In this document: positions 33,418 to 49,930 of the stretch, piece by piece
How the letters are laid out: each line of letters starts with the position of its first letter
Position numbering within the stretch: position 1 is the stretch's first letter
Source of the DNA: the human T2T-CHM13v2.0 reference genome, Homo sapiens
Length of the DNA: 64,000 bases
Direction: 5' to 3' (one strand)
NCBI RefSeq assembly: GCF_009914755.1
Contig: NC_060940.1
The notes under the pieces: generated by a model
What the model saw: only the letters and a program-made list of their open reading frames with translations
Told to the model about the DNA's origin: nothing
Databases searched by the model: none
Made by a program: the position numbers and the translations under genes

Positions 33418-33812
33418 GTGGTAGAGACTGCACAGATCCCTTCTTGCTTCTTTGAGTCATGGACTTTTCAGGCTGGACTGCTGCCCAAAATGCAGATTGC
33501 ATTTCCCCAGCCTCCCCTGCAACGGGGTGTGGCCATGTGACTGAGAGAAGGTGTACTATGGGAGTCTCTGAGGTGTTTCTTTAAGAGAAAGCTGGTGTAT
33601 GCCCTTTGCCCTTTGCTTCTTAGGCCCTTGCTTCTGTCCCGCTGCCTGGAATGTACATGCTGGACTTGGATCTTGAAGGTGAAGCCCAAGCCTTATGGGC
33701 TAAAAGGGGCCGGGCCTCTGAGAACTTCAGGAGAACCACTGTCCCAGCCTGGTTAAGCCACTGTTATTTTGGATTTTTTGTCACTTGTAGGCAAATCTAA
33801 ACTTAGATAATA
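33418..33812 (+). mobile_element. MLT1J-like LTR
   Basis: TGTGGTAG start; CATTTCCCCAGCCTCCC.TGCA..GGGGTGTGGCCATGTGACT; TTAAGCCACTG...TAATACA end. Confidence 0.7.
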
Positions 33813-34914
33813 CACTGTTTCTACACTTGCAGAAGATGAAAACGCCAAACCCTTGGATTGCCTTTTCCCTTCCTAAGTATTAATATCAAAACTTAAACAG
33901 GTTCCTTTCTCCTTCTTTCAACTCCTCTAAATTAAAACAACCTACAAAAAGATCATGCAGTAATTTATTTAAAAACTAAAGACATGAGAGAGATCTCAGT
34001 AAGAGAGATATATGAGAGGGAGATTAACAAGAAGGCTAGAAAGGAAAATAACACATTTAGGAAAATGATAACGAGGACTGGTCTTCATGGCGTTCTGTAA
34101 TAGGTCAGGGAGCTCTCACTCCCTTCCAGTGTTGGTGGCAGCAACAGCTTCTTTTCTTAGATTATTAGAGGCCCTAGGGATTCGATTTCACCTGCTTTGT
34201 TAAGGCCATAGGAAGCTTTTTAAAATTTCAGATTTCAAATGTCAAGTCTCTATTCAGTGCTTTTGGGCCCCTTGCATCAGAGTGTTTATATTTTGCCTGA
34301 CTCTTTGGTTTCTGGCCATAAAGTTTGCATGTTGTCATCTTTTCTCTAACATTATGTGTATTAGATAACATGTACTACAATAGCTATAGTGGGTTACAAA
34401 AGATTCTTAACACAACCCTTTTAAAAGAGTTGCAGAGATGCGTAATTATTTTTCATGATTTTCAAAACTTTTGAAAGAGAAAAGCAGCTGTTTGGTTCAC
34501 TGTTCTCATTAGCATTTATATAGTAAACTAAGAGAGAGGTTTTCTGTGCAGTGTTTTTCCTTGCTGTTTCTTGCCTTTTAATTTGAAGAATAGCAGGATC
34601 TTGTCTTTTGTTCACATGAGTAGAAGTCCATTCAGCTGGAAAAAGAACAGTGCACTCTTTGTGTACTCAGAGTATTTGAATGCTTTTGGTCACACACTAG
34701 TTGCTGTTTAACTACAATAAAATTGTGACCAAAGGAGATAAACATTTAAAAGATAAATGACAGGCCTGTTAATCTGAAAGCAAGTTTTGTAGCGTTGTTG
34801 TTTTTAGCTAATAGGTATATAGCCAGGAGTCACGGTGATGACTTTTAAATCTGAAACTGAGTGAAGTCTGTGTTTTCAACCAGTTTAAAAAATGTTGCCA
34901 CTGGACCTTTTTAA

Positions 34915-35143
34915 AAAAATATTTTTAAAAATACGACAAAAATTTTATGTATTTATGGTATATACTATGATATTTTGACATGTATACATTGTAGAATGGC
35001 TAGATCAACCTAATTAACATATGCATTATCTCACATACTTTTTTGTGGTGAGAACACTTAAAATCTACTTTCTTAGCAATTTTCAAGTATATAATACATT
35101 GTTATTAACTGTAGTCACCATGTTGTACAAGAGATCTCTTGAA
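34915..35143 (-). mobile_element. L1MA8/9-like 3' end
   Basis: TTTTTGTGGTGAGAACACTTAAAATCTACT, GTAGTCACCATGTTGTACAA. Confidence 0.85.
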
Positions 35144-35307
35144 CATCACTGAACATATTTATGGCTGATCATTTTGTGTTTTAACAATCATTTGAACATG
35201 TCTAAACTGTCTTTAGAAACTGGTAGGGATTTCCTTGCTGTGTTTGCTAAGCTTGGCCATGTCATCCACATAAATATCTGAATATATTCATATATGAATA
35301 CATACTG

Positions 35308-35417
35308 TATATAATATGTGTATATATATGAATACATAATACCTATATTTATATATAATATGTGTGTATATATGAATACATAATACCTATATTTATATAT
35401 ATAATATGTGCATATAT
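35308..35417. repeat. TA-rich minisatellite, ~2.5 x 44 bp
   Basis: TATATAATATGTGT.TATATATGAATACATAATACCTATATTTA repeated. Confidence 0.85.
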
Positions 35418-36439
35418 AAAATGCCCAAGTATATTATCTAAGAAAAGAGCCACTGGGGCTTTTATAAGTCTATGATTTCAGAACTATGTCCATCTTTACA
35501 CCTCTAAAGCGTTATGATTTACCTGATTTGGTGGAGGAAAGGTATTTTTGGTAATTTTCTGTCCCTATGGGAATTCAAAGGATAAATTTCAATCTCTTTT
35601 TCTTTCTTTCTCTCTCTGTCCATCTTATGCAGCTGAAAACTGGCATATGACTCTTTGAGAAGAGCTCAAACAGTTGTGGTAAGGGTGCTTAGATGTTGAG
35701 TGCTATCTATTTTCTGGGGTGTGAAACATACAGGGTTTTACCAGTCTGTTGTTGCAGAGTGCTGGGTGTATTTTGCTTTAGCTGACTGTTCCGTTGGAGT
35801 ATTCAGCCTTTCTTTAGGATAACAAAAAATAAAATTAATCAAAGGCATAATCAAGGACGTTTTCCTTTTGTACAGTCACATCTCATTATACAACATTAGT
35901 CTTAAGCTTTGCCCACCTGCCAGATAGGTGTAAGATGATTAATGAAAGCTGAAACTCTCAGTCTAGAGGAGACAGCAGGGACTGGTGGTGCTAGTGGTGA
36001 AGTAAGAAGTACATATGCTGCCTAAAGGGACTCTGGTTCAGTGTGTGAATGTCAGCCCAGTGTTGCAAATATTCTGACTTTTCAAAAGAAGCAGGACATC
36101 TAGATTTTTATTTGAAATCTCTTTATTTTAATAAGCCATCGACTAATTGAAATTTAAAACCTGTGTAGTCCAAATAGACCATATCTACAGGCTGGAAGGA
36201 ATAGAGGGCCTGCCTTTTGTGACCTCTGTTGTTTGGGGAGGTTATGTAACCATTGTAACCAGGGAAGGATACATGAGGATTCCTCTTCAGGGAAGCTGAC
36301 CAGCCCAATAAAAAATATATAGGTTGACATTTGGAGATATCTTAAAAGATGGCCAGGTTTCCATCATATCGCTCTGTAGTGAGGCCCACCAGTTGACAAA
36401 CTAAGCTTCTGCACATTCAGCTTCTGATCTGTTTCATAT

Positions 36440-37705
<1,266 letters not shown>

Positions 37706-38027
37706 CACTTGCATCCTGAGCTGGTCTAGGATCCAGGGTTTCCTTGGGCCAATGCTTCAGATAGTTAAACTCATCTTTTGCTTGGTCAGGGATGTGGTGG
37801 TTGCCTGGCTGTTGGGATTGAGAGAAAGAATCTAGGGTCTAACCTCTGCTCTTGACTTCCAACTAGTCTTCCTGTTTTCAGCTTCATGGTTGAAATGCAC
37901 CTTCCTTCAGAAGTTCCTGGTTATTGTATTCCTGAGCCTTTCTGTAGATGGTGGCATGGGAGCTCACTTCTTATTGGTCTTCCCCTTTTCTCCCTCAATC
38001 CTGTCTACCAGTTAGTCTTCAGCTTTG

Positions 38028-39261
<1,234 letters not shown>

Positions 39262-42145
39262 TGAATCCACCATGTTAGAATGGAAGTTAATTTGTTGTGT
39301 TAATCATTAATTTGTATGTCAGAGTTTCTTTTCCTGAGGTTTATTTGAAAATCAACGTAAGAAAACAAAATTTAATATGGAGAAAATAATTTCCTCCTTC
39401 TTAAAGTCTCCTTTGACTATCCTCACGGAAATTGGTTTGTTTCTACTTTCTCTGAAATACTGTGGCCCTGGGAGACTCCTGCTCAGTTTAGCAAAGAATT
39501 CTCTACTGTTTTGGGTCTTAATCTAAGCACTGGATGTGTGCTTTTCACCCAACTAGATTATGGAGTCTCTGTGAACCTAGGGAGATATCTTAGTCTGCTC
39601 ATTGATTACCTTACGGCTCCTTATGGATATGAATTGAATAAATACTTTGCTGATCAAAGTATACTACTCAAATTTGTATTACTTTATTTTTATATGTGTT
39701 ATATGTGATTCTTTTAATGCCTTCTCAGCCTGTTGCTCAGAGATTAGTGGGAAGGAATAAATGTAACAAGTAGACTTTGGGGGTAATACTGATAAGTTAA
39801 AAATGTCATTGGTTTATAGCTTCAAGGGTATTTTACTGAAATTGCAAATGTTCTATTATATTTAGAAAGAGAAGGAATGGAAACCTGACTAGTCATTATA
39901 CTGAGGTTGGGAAATCTGGAACTTGAGTTCTGAATCAGTTTTCTGTAGATAGCCTGTTTCACAGTGGATTTGCTTAATGTTTTACCGGTAAACAGGCACT
40001 CCTGTTTATTTTCAGCTCTTGCCTTTCAGCACAGGATAGCTACAATTGTTCAGAGTATGCCTCTCTTGTATAAATAACAATACTGTCATTTTCTCTAAAG
40101 TCATCCTTTTTATTAAAGAAACCCTTTAATAGTCCCACATATTCTGTAGTTATGCATTTCTGTGAGTGCTTACTGACCCCAGCACAGTGTTTAATAAATT
40201 ATTGAACTTTGAAGAACCTTTGAGAAGCAAGGGCTTTATGTGACTGAGCAGCAGACATGAAAAAACGTTATCCTCCAGAGTATCTAACAGACAGAAATAG
40301 AGGCTTGATCAGACAATATAAGCACCGAGTGAATGATGGTAATACCATGAAATATTTACACCCATAGAGCATGCGAGGGTGGGGAGGAGAGTGTGGGTTT
40401 TTATCCTTTTGGGTTGAACCTGATGCCATACAACTCACCACTCTATGATCTTAAAAGCAAAACAGAAAGAGAATGAGAGAAAGAAAGGAAGAAAGGAAAA
40501 GGAAAATAAAGAAATGATGAATATTGATTTGGTGATATTTTGTTGTTTGCATTATCTTATCACAAAAGCAAGGCTCCTTTTGTAGACAGGAACCTTACTA
40601 AGAGTCAAGTTTTAATCAGTCCTTAACAGAAACTGAAGATATCTGAAGTGATTTCTTGCCACTACAAGTTTAAAGTTTTAATTTAATCAATATCTCATGA
40701 TTTACCATGCCTCAAAAGCTGTCATTTTATTATCTGTAATAAATAGAGATTTGAAGAGTAAAGAACTGAATAGCCTGATAACGATCTTACTTTTAAACAG
40801 AAGATGCAATTTATTTATTTTTTCATGGGATGCTATTTTAAAGTGACTTGTGATTTCTTTAATAATGATCCACAGAGAAAATTAACATAAAGGAAGAAGT
40901 GTCTAATTATTTAGGAAAGGTTTGGAAGATGTTTATCCCGGCTAATATAGATAGAGAGTGTCTAATATCTTACAGCATAGAAAGGGGCTAAAACAAATGT
41001 GCCAACCAATTTGTTTTGCCCCTGTGCCCAGTATTTTATATATCCATTTTTTTAAATAAGGATGAACCTTTTAAGATTTCATGGTGTCATCTAACATTAT
41101 TAAAAGTAATTATTGTTGATGATAAATAAAGGTTGACAATGATGTGCTTTATTGAATTTAATTTTACTCGTGGTTTATTTTAAAAACCCGCAGATTGTGT
41201 TTGGGAGATATTTTAATGTAGTATGTCTGTTTTTTGCTTTCTAGTTGTGGAAGAAAGAATCAAATTATGTATTAATAAGGAGGCTCAGATTGACCATAGA
41301 CATTGGCCTTTCAAGGGGATCATCTGGTTTTAGAGGCTTTAGTCTCCTTTGAGTACCCTGGATGTTTGCTATGTATTATGCTAAACTAACGCATGATTAC
41401 ACTGACCCTATGATTATAGTGACCTAAATTGGCAAGTTTCTGTCACTTGTAAAGTCAAGGTAGTAATGTTGGAAGGGAAACTGTAGTGAGACTCTCCTTT
41501 GCAACTGTAATGTTTTGTCTGTAGATTGCAAATGAGGGAATTTTATAAAGGCTTTATTATTTGTAATGTAGGAACCCATTGCATACAAAGAAATTTTTAG
41601 TCTAAGGACCCAGTATTAGTGAAATGTGACATAGATCTATTTGTGAAAGGGTGTACCCAGTTGAAACAGCAGGGGCAAGATTTTATTTGTATGTTTATTA
41701 TTTTTGTTACCAAAGCGATGCCCTGGAAAGAATCGGGATTTTTGAGTGAGTGATGTGATGTGGATTTAAATCCTGTCTTTGCCACTTAGTTCTTTCACTT
41801 CCAGCAAGTCCTGAACCTAAGACTCAATTTTTTCTCTCAAAATGGGGCTCATGATGATTTACTTCGCAGATTTGTTAAAGCTTGTAAGCATTCAGCACGG
41901 CACCCAGAGTGTGGGAGGCACTCAATGAATATTAGCTCCTTTCTCCTTCCTTTTCAGCTAAACCAAAAAGGCTTTATCTAGGAGGTGAGACTTGTAGAAA
42001 CTCTTGATTGATGGAAGGAATGAGTCAGTGAACTAGAAGAAGGGTATTCGAGGCCTGTGGATAACCATGTGAGAAGGTGAGAAGTGAGTGTGTAGTGATG
42101 GGAGAGTGTGGCTGGACAGATGGACAGATAAAGAAAAGAGGGTGT

Positions 42146-42288
42146 GGCTGGGCGCGGTGGCTCATGCCTGTAATCCCAGCACTTTGGGAGGCCGAGGCGG
42201 GCGGATCACTAGGTCAGGAGATCAAAACCATCCTGGCTAACATGGTGAAACCCCATCTCTACTAAAAATACAAAAAAAAAAAAAAAAA
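42146..42288 (+). mobile_element. Alu left monomer only (AluSc/Y-type) with A-tail
   Basis: GGAGATCAAAACCATCCTGGCTAAC; flanking repeat AAAGAAAAGAGGG. Confidence 0.9.
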
Positions 42289-42472
42289 GAAAAGAGGGGC
42301 TGAATTAACTGACTTGTAGAGGCAAATGTGATATTGGTGTTGGGACACATCATCTGAACTTCCACTGTCATTATCTGCTTCTCAAAATTGGAGTTGAGAG
42401 CATGTGCGAACTTGAGAATTTATTCTTCTTGTCTACTTGAACATCTCTCTTTTAAAAAATGCAAAATGTTAG

Positions 42473-42827
<355 letters not shown>

Positions 42828-42939
42828 TAAATTCTACCTCTGATCGTAATACTTCGATGGAGAATACATTGCTATTACTTTTAGCATGATGGGTACCAAT
42901 ATGAGATTTCCAGTTGCTTCCCGCATGTTCATTTTGCAG

Positions 42940-44545
<1,606 letters not shown>

Positions 44546-44559
44546 TCTTCTTTTCATGA

Positions 44560-45170
44560 ATCATTGTTGTTCTTTAGGTTGTAATGAAGTTTTAGGCCTC
44601 AGCTTCCCTGAACTGGAGTGTTTTTCCTTCACCTTTTCCGGTCTCTGGGTTGCATCGCCAGACTGTCTCTAAGCCCAACAAACGCGTTCCTTCCAGGCAA
44701 AAGCAGGAGATGACACACACCATGAGCCAGATTTTCCATGGCAGACTTGTAAGGAACAAGATAATCTCATTGTTCCTCCTGCTACTTAAAATAAAGGTAA
44801 TATTGATTTTATAGTAGCAGTTCAGGTCCTAAGGCATGATATTGATTAAGTGTCTGATGAGAATTTGTAGGGTAGTCTCCCAGACCTGCAGCTACAGGGC
44901 ATCTCCCCACTGGGCCAGGCCTCTGTGCTGACCTCCACTGTTATAAGTGGTGTTTTTCTTAGGAATCCTTAGCCCTGTTTAGTCTACGCACTGTCCAGAA
45001 GCATTTATTTAACCTGATGGATGGCTCAATCCAACCCATCACCTTAATCTGACCTTAAAGATGGGAACCTAATGTTTTTGTTCTTAGTAAATGTGAAGAC
45101 TAATTTTGACACTGTTTAGAATTATTTTCTTATTAGTAGCAGTAGATTTCATGAATTTTCTGCTGTGAAA
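44560..45170. promoter_or_regulatory. rs1421085 enhancer element (ARID5B/CUX1-type AT-rich site; reported to act on IRX3/IRX5); T (non-risk) allele at 44840, rs9940128 G at 44640
   Basis: TCAGGTCCTAAGGCATGA[T]ATTGATTAAGTGTCTG at 44822-44856 in a repeat-free block; function from established literature, boundaries approximate. Confidence 0.85.
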
Positions 45171-45194
45171 TTTCCTATTAAAATACTATAATCT

Positions 45195-45321
45195 AATGTT
45201 AAATGACGAGTTAATGGGTGCAGCACACCAGCATGGCACATGTATACATATGTAACTAACCTGCACGTTGTGCACATGTACCCTAAAACTTAAAGTATAA
45301 TAAAAAAAATAAAAAATAAAT
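45195..45321 (+). mobile_element. 5'-truncated L1PA (PA3/PA4-like) 3' end
   Basis: AATGTTAAATGACGAGTTAATGGGTGCAGCACACC...CCTAAAACTTAAAGTATAATAA; perfect 15-bp TSD AAAATACTATAATCT. Confidence 0.95.
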
Positions 45322-47089
45322 AAAATACTATAATCTGACTTTTTTATTTTTACTTTTTTACTTTGGAGCCTGGCTTTATGAATTTTTTTTTTAAACAGGG
45401 GAAGGTACCTCTTTTCAAGGTGTCATTATTAAGCCCATGGGACTCTTCAATTTTAATGTTATATCAAAGAGAGTAAATTTCTTGTGATTATTGTGATATG
45501 ATGCATTCAACTTGCAGGTCAGGTTTTATATCATTTATAGATCAGATTCTGAAGATATCTTCAGTCAAATTTAATAACAATCAAGGAATATATTATTCAC
45601 CGGCCTGAAGTATAGAAAGAGTTCCCAGAAATCATCTAAAAATAACTGTTTCATATAAAACATTTTGACTTTCTATTGTAATAAGATTAATATATTTTTC
45701 TCCCATGTCTAATTCTGGCTGGATTGTTCATGGGGTTGATGTGAGGATTCAGTGAGTTAATATAGGCTAAGGTGCATAATATAATGCCTGACACATAGTA
45801 GATGCTCAATTTATGTTAACTACTGTTAGCTGCTTTAGCCTGTTGTTAACTGCAAACTCCTTTTACATTACCTAGCACAGGCCTGGGCACAAGTATGATA
45901 TTTAAGTAGATGCTTAGTGACTGATTGATGTCTCCAAACATTTGGGATTTCCTTCCACATTTGCCATAGCACAGCTTGTTTTATGTCTTTTCTAAAATGG
46001 TCTAGGTACCTGACATCCTTTGATCCTTCATATGGTTACACTCAAAAGGAGCCATATGAATTTTGACCATTTGCACATCTGCCTGTCTTTTTGGTTAGCT
46101 GCCAGATAGAGCTCAGGTTTTAAATCCTTTGCAGTTAAAAGAGATAATAAATGTTAACATTCCTAGTACAGTGCCTGGCACAGAATGTGTAAATATCATT
46201 TGATTCGGAAACATGACTGCTGGTCAATTCGGCCTCCAGGGAGACAAAACTAAGGGGTGGGGTTGTGGCTTTTTTTGAGGTAGGGGATGGAATAGATATT
46301 TCTTACCCGAGTAGAAGATGATGCCGGGGGATCTAATGCTTCTTTTAAATTTCCCTTTTGATGCACAAAGGGGCAACTCCGTGTAGCAGGACCTTGGTGG
46401 GATGGATAGGCAGCTTTGTAAGTGGAGAAATGGCCTCTGTTTAGCTTATGAGCACAGAGTCATTTTGGGGGTGGTTTATGAGTCATCTGAAATATGCATT
46501 TAATCTAGATTTGTGGCCTGCTTGGTGAGGCTGCTGCTTTTTTATGATCTCAAGTGTCTTGTCCATGTCAAAACTTGCCTTGTTTTTTTGTTTACTTTGA
46601 ATCAGAAAAATGTTCACAACCACCCTTGGAATTCCTCCTCAAGTGTGCGTTTGGTCACATCACCCCTGGCTACCACCAGTACATGACTGTTTATTTTGGA
46701 TGTCCTTTTCTGATGTTCAGCTAATTTAACCCACAATGAAGTTAATCCTTGCTTCTTTGGAAAAGTACAGATTTACTTATTAGCTGCCTTCCAGAGACAT
46801 TTGCATTTTCATGAAAGCGAGTATATAATTACATTGACTTTTGGACTCATCTACCCACATATGTGGTGGGCGCCTTTTGAAAGTCAGGATTCAGAGTAAA
46901 TCAGAACTGTCTTGAGTTAGCTGAAGTTCTCTTTAAGGTTAACAATAAATGTATCTATGACAAACATGGGGATGTGGTATTGCATATTCGATTATGTCCA
47001 TTTATCTTTCCTTCTTCTGGGTGAGAGGGGAGATGAAAATGGAGCTACCTTGGAGTTCATGTTTTCACCTTGATTCTCCGCATTTATAG

Positions 47090-47345
47090 CATACTGATTG
47101 AAAGCATGGCTGCCAGAACCATATTACTTGGGCTTGAGTACTAGCTCTGTCACTTACTCATTGTTTAACTTTGGGCGGGGTACTTAATTTCTCTGTACCT
47201 CAGTTTCATAATCTGTCAAGTGGGGATAATTATGGTAACCACCACTGAGCATTGTTATGAAGATCAAATAAGTTAATTCATGTAAAATATTTAGAGCAGA
47301 ACTTAGTATATAGCAACTGCGATACAAGTGTTAGATATCATTTTT
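47090..47345 (+). mobile_element. MIR
   Basis: CTAGCTCTGTCACTTACT...TACTTAATTTCTCTGTACCTCAGTTTC..ATCTGTCAAGTGGGGATAAT. Confidence 0.85.
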
Positions 47346-47451
47346 ATTAGGGTTTAGTAATTGCATAAATAAAAGAGATGAAAGTCTAAATTATTAATCA
47401 GGGCCATTTATCTATGAGACACTACAGGCATTGTGTCTAGCCCTGTGGGTT

Positions 47452-47815
47452 TACATTAGTTAGGGTAGGTTATTGCTGCAACGTACCCTAACTTGATATG
47501 ATTTTTGCTGCAAAAATCATATCAAAATAGTCTATAATGGCTTAAACATAATAAAATGCATTTCTTGTTTATGTAACAGTAATGAGTAGGTAAACAGGGT
47601 GGTAGGACATTTTCCTCTCTGTATTCATTTAGGGATCTAAGCTGAAGGAGGCTCTGCCATCTTCCACACAAGGTTTCTAAGGTCACCTTAGGTTATCTCT
47701 ATTCCAGCCAGCAAGAAGGGGAAAAGAGCTGCAGAAATGTGTTTAGGGGTTTTTTATGGGCCAGACCTGGAAGTGGCACTCATCACTTCTGTTCACATTC
47801 CATTGGCCAGAACTC
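47452..47815 (-). mobile_element. MLT1 (I/J-type) LTR with a rearranged end
   Basis: ATTAGTTAGG.TAGGTTAT.GCTGCA start; TAATGGCTTAAACA; GGAAGTGGCACTCATCACTTCTG.TCACATTCCATTGGCCAGAACT. Confidence 0.75.
47460..47460 (+). other. rs1558902 site, T (non-risk) allele
   Basis: Flank CCCTGTGGGTTTACATTAG[T]TAGGGTAGG, 2620 bp from rs1421085, matching recalled spacing. Confidence 0.8.
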
Positions 47816-49364
47816 AGCAGGAAGAGGAGGAAAACAGCTGCCACTCATCTCAGCCACAGAGTTTTTCAGGGGTCTCTAAAAATGTATGAGACTTGAAAAA
47901 AATGTATTGACTCCAAACTCCAGACATAAAATTGCAGAATTGAAATGAATAAATGTTTAACTAAATGCTTATAAAATGGAGCCTTATATCAGCTTCCAAA
48001 GTTGTTACAGTTTGTATGGAAAAAAATGTAATTTCTTCCTAACGAACCTCCTTGCTTCTTTCCCTGCCTTCTCTACTATATTTGAAAAGATTTTGTAAGT
48101 TGGAATTTGGAATTTCCAAGAATTCCCAAGTACTATCCAGTGATTGCTGAGAAATTATAATTAGTCATAAATGAGTTTCTCAAGGCCAAATAAATTCAAA
48201 CGAAAAATCTTCTCAAATTATTTTGCATTGCAGAGAAACCTTTTAATGTGAAATATGAATACAATTTAATATGTTTATTTTGATGTTGAGTGAGGCCTTC
48301 AAAAGTAGCAGGATCATGGCCTACAGAGGTCTTAACATTCCTATTGTATGCAGACACATTTCAATTGCTTTGAAAAGGTGTATGTTGAAGGTAACTAAAC
48401 ACATTTTGCATTTCAAGCTCAGAAAATTTCCCCTTTAGATTCCCTTTTCTTTTCTCCTTTTATTTTCTAATAAAATATTTACTGCTGTGATATCCAAGAA
48501 CATGAATGATACTGCATTGAATAACCCAGGTGCTTGGTCTGGTGGATGCCAGTGCCAGAGAAGAAAAGTGCCCTATTTTTTCAGTTATCATGTTTGAAGG
48601 CGAGGCTTTGGTCTGCCTTCTGAGTCATTCTTGGCTTCTTGGATGATAGATTTCTTAAATTCTTCTATTCTCCTAACTCAAGGCACTTCTGAATGGGTGT
48701 TTGCGAGACGTTGTTTGAAAAACCACTTATCGTGATGGATTTTTGTTCTTCTATTTTTTGCTCTCTTACACACTTTGCTGTTGTCCTGCCAATTGGAATT
48801 TGATTTGTTAATTACAAAAGCAAACTATCCAGGATGGCTCTAAAGGGACTTCGCTATAGGTTGGGGCTATGATAGAGACTTTCGCGAAAGGGATTGGCAA
48901 TTAAGAAATATAGCAACTGCTTCTGATGATTAAACATTTCAAGCAACTCTGAAGGTAGAATGTGGGGAATCTCCAGAGAAGGAAGGAAATAGAGAGGGAA
49001 CTAATATTTATAGTTACTCCTATAGTCATCTCCATCTCAGTACAGGACATCTTCATCCTTCCAGTTGTTCAGACCAAAAACCCTGGAAACATCCTTGACT
49101 TCGTCTTTCCCATTCCACATTTCACCCATCAGCAAATTCTGTTGCATCTGTCTTCAGAATATATTCAGAATCCAACCACTTCTTACAACGTCTCCTTCTG
49201 CCATCCTTCTCCAAGCCACTAGCATCACTCTCCTGGATCATCGCAATTTCTTCCTATCTAGTCTCCTTGCTTCTTTCCTTGCCTTTCCCTACATAGCAAT
49301 CAAAGTTTAGTCTTCAAAACACAACAAAACAAATCTCTTTTCTGTTCAAACTCTTTTATGTTTC

Positions 49365-49930
49365 CTCAAAATGTTATACGTAGAGTTACCATATAACCCG
49401 GCAATTCCACTCCTAGTTACCCAAGAGAAATGACAATGTATGTCCACACAAAACCTGTACATGAATGTTCACAGCAGCGTTATTCATGATAGCCAAAAGT
49501 GGAAAAAACCCAAACGCCCATCAATGATGAATGTACAATTAAAATGTGGCATAACCATACAATGGAATATTATTTGTCAATAAAAAGAATGAAGTACTGG
49601 TACCATGCTATAAAATGGTTGAACTTTGAAACCATATGCTCCGTAAAAGAAGCCAGTGACAAAAGGCCACATATTACATGATTCCATGTACAGAATAGAC
49701 AAATCCATAGAGACTGGAAATAGATTAGTGATTGCCAGGAGCTGGGGAGAGAGGAATGGGGAGTGACTGCTAATGGATGCAGGGTTTCTTTTTCTTTTGT
49801 GGTAGTGAAAATGTTCTGAAATTAAGTAGTGGTGACGATTGCATAACTCTATGAATATACTTTCTGGCTTGTATACTTTTTTGAAGGGGAAAATTGTGTG
49901 GTATGTTAACGATATCTCAATAAAGCTGCT
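49365..49930 (+). mobile_element. L1MB 3' end inserted in an L2 (~49020-50400)
   Basis: GAGTTACCATATAACCC.GCAATTCCACTCCTAG, CAAAAGGCCACATATT, ATCTCAATAAAGCTG. Confidence 0.88.

Noticed and set aside
35272-35420. Regularly spaced repeats resembling an array
   Set aside because: TA-rich minisatellite without unique spacers; not CRISPR-like
46254-46290. G-rich runs as a possible G-quadruplex
   Set aside because: Lacks four G3+ tracts with short loops
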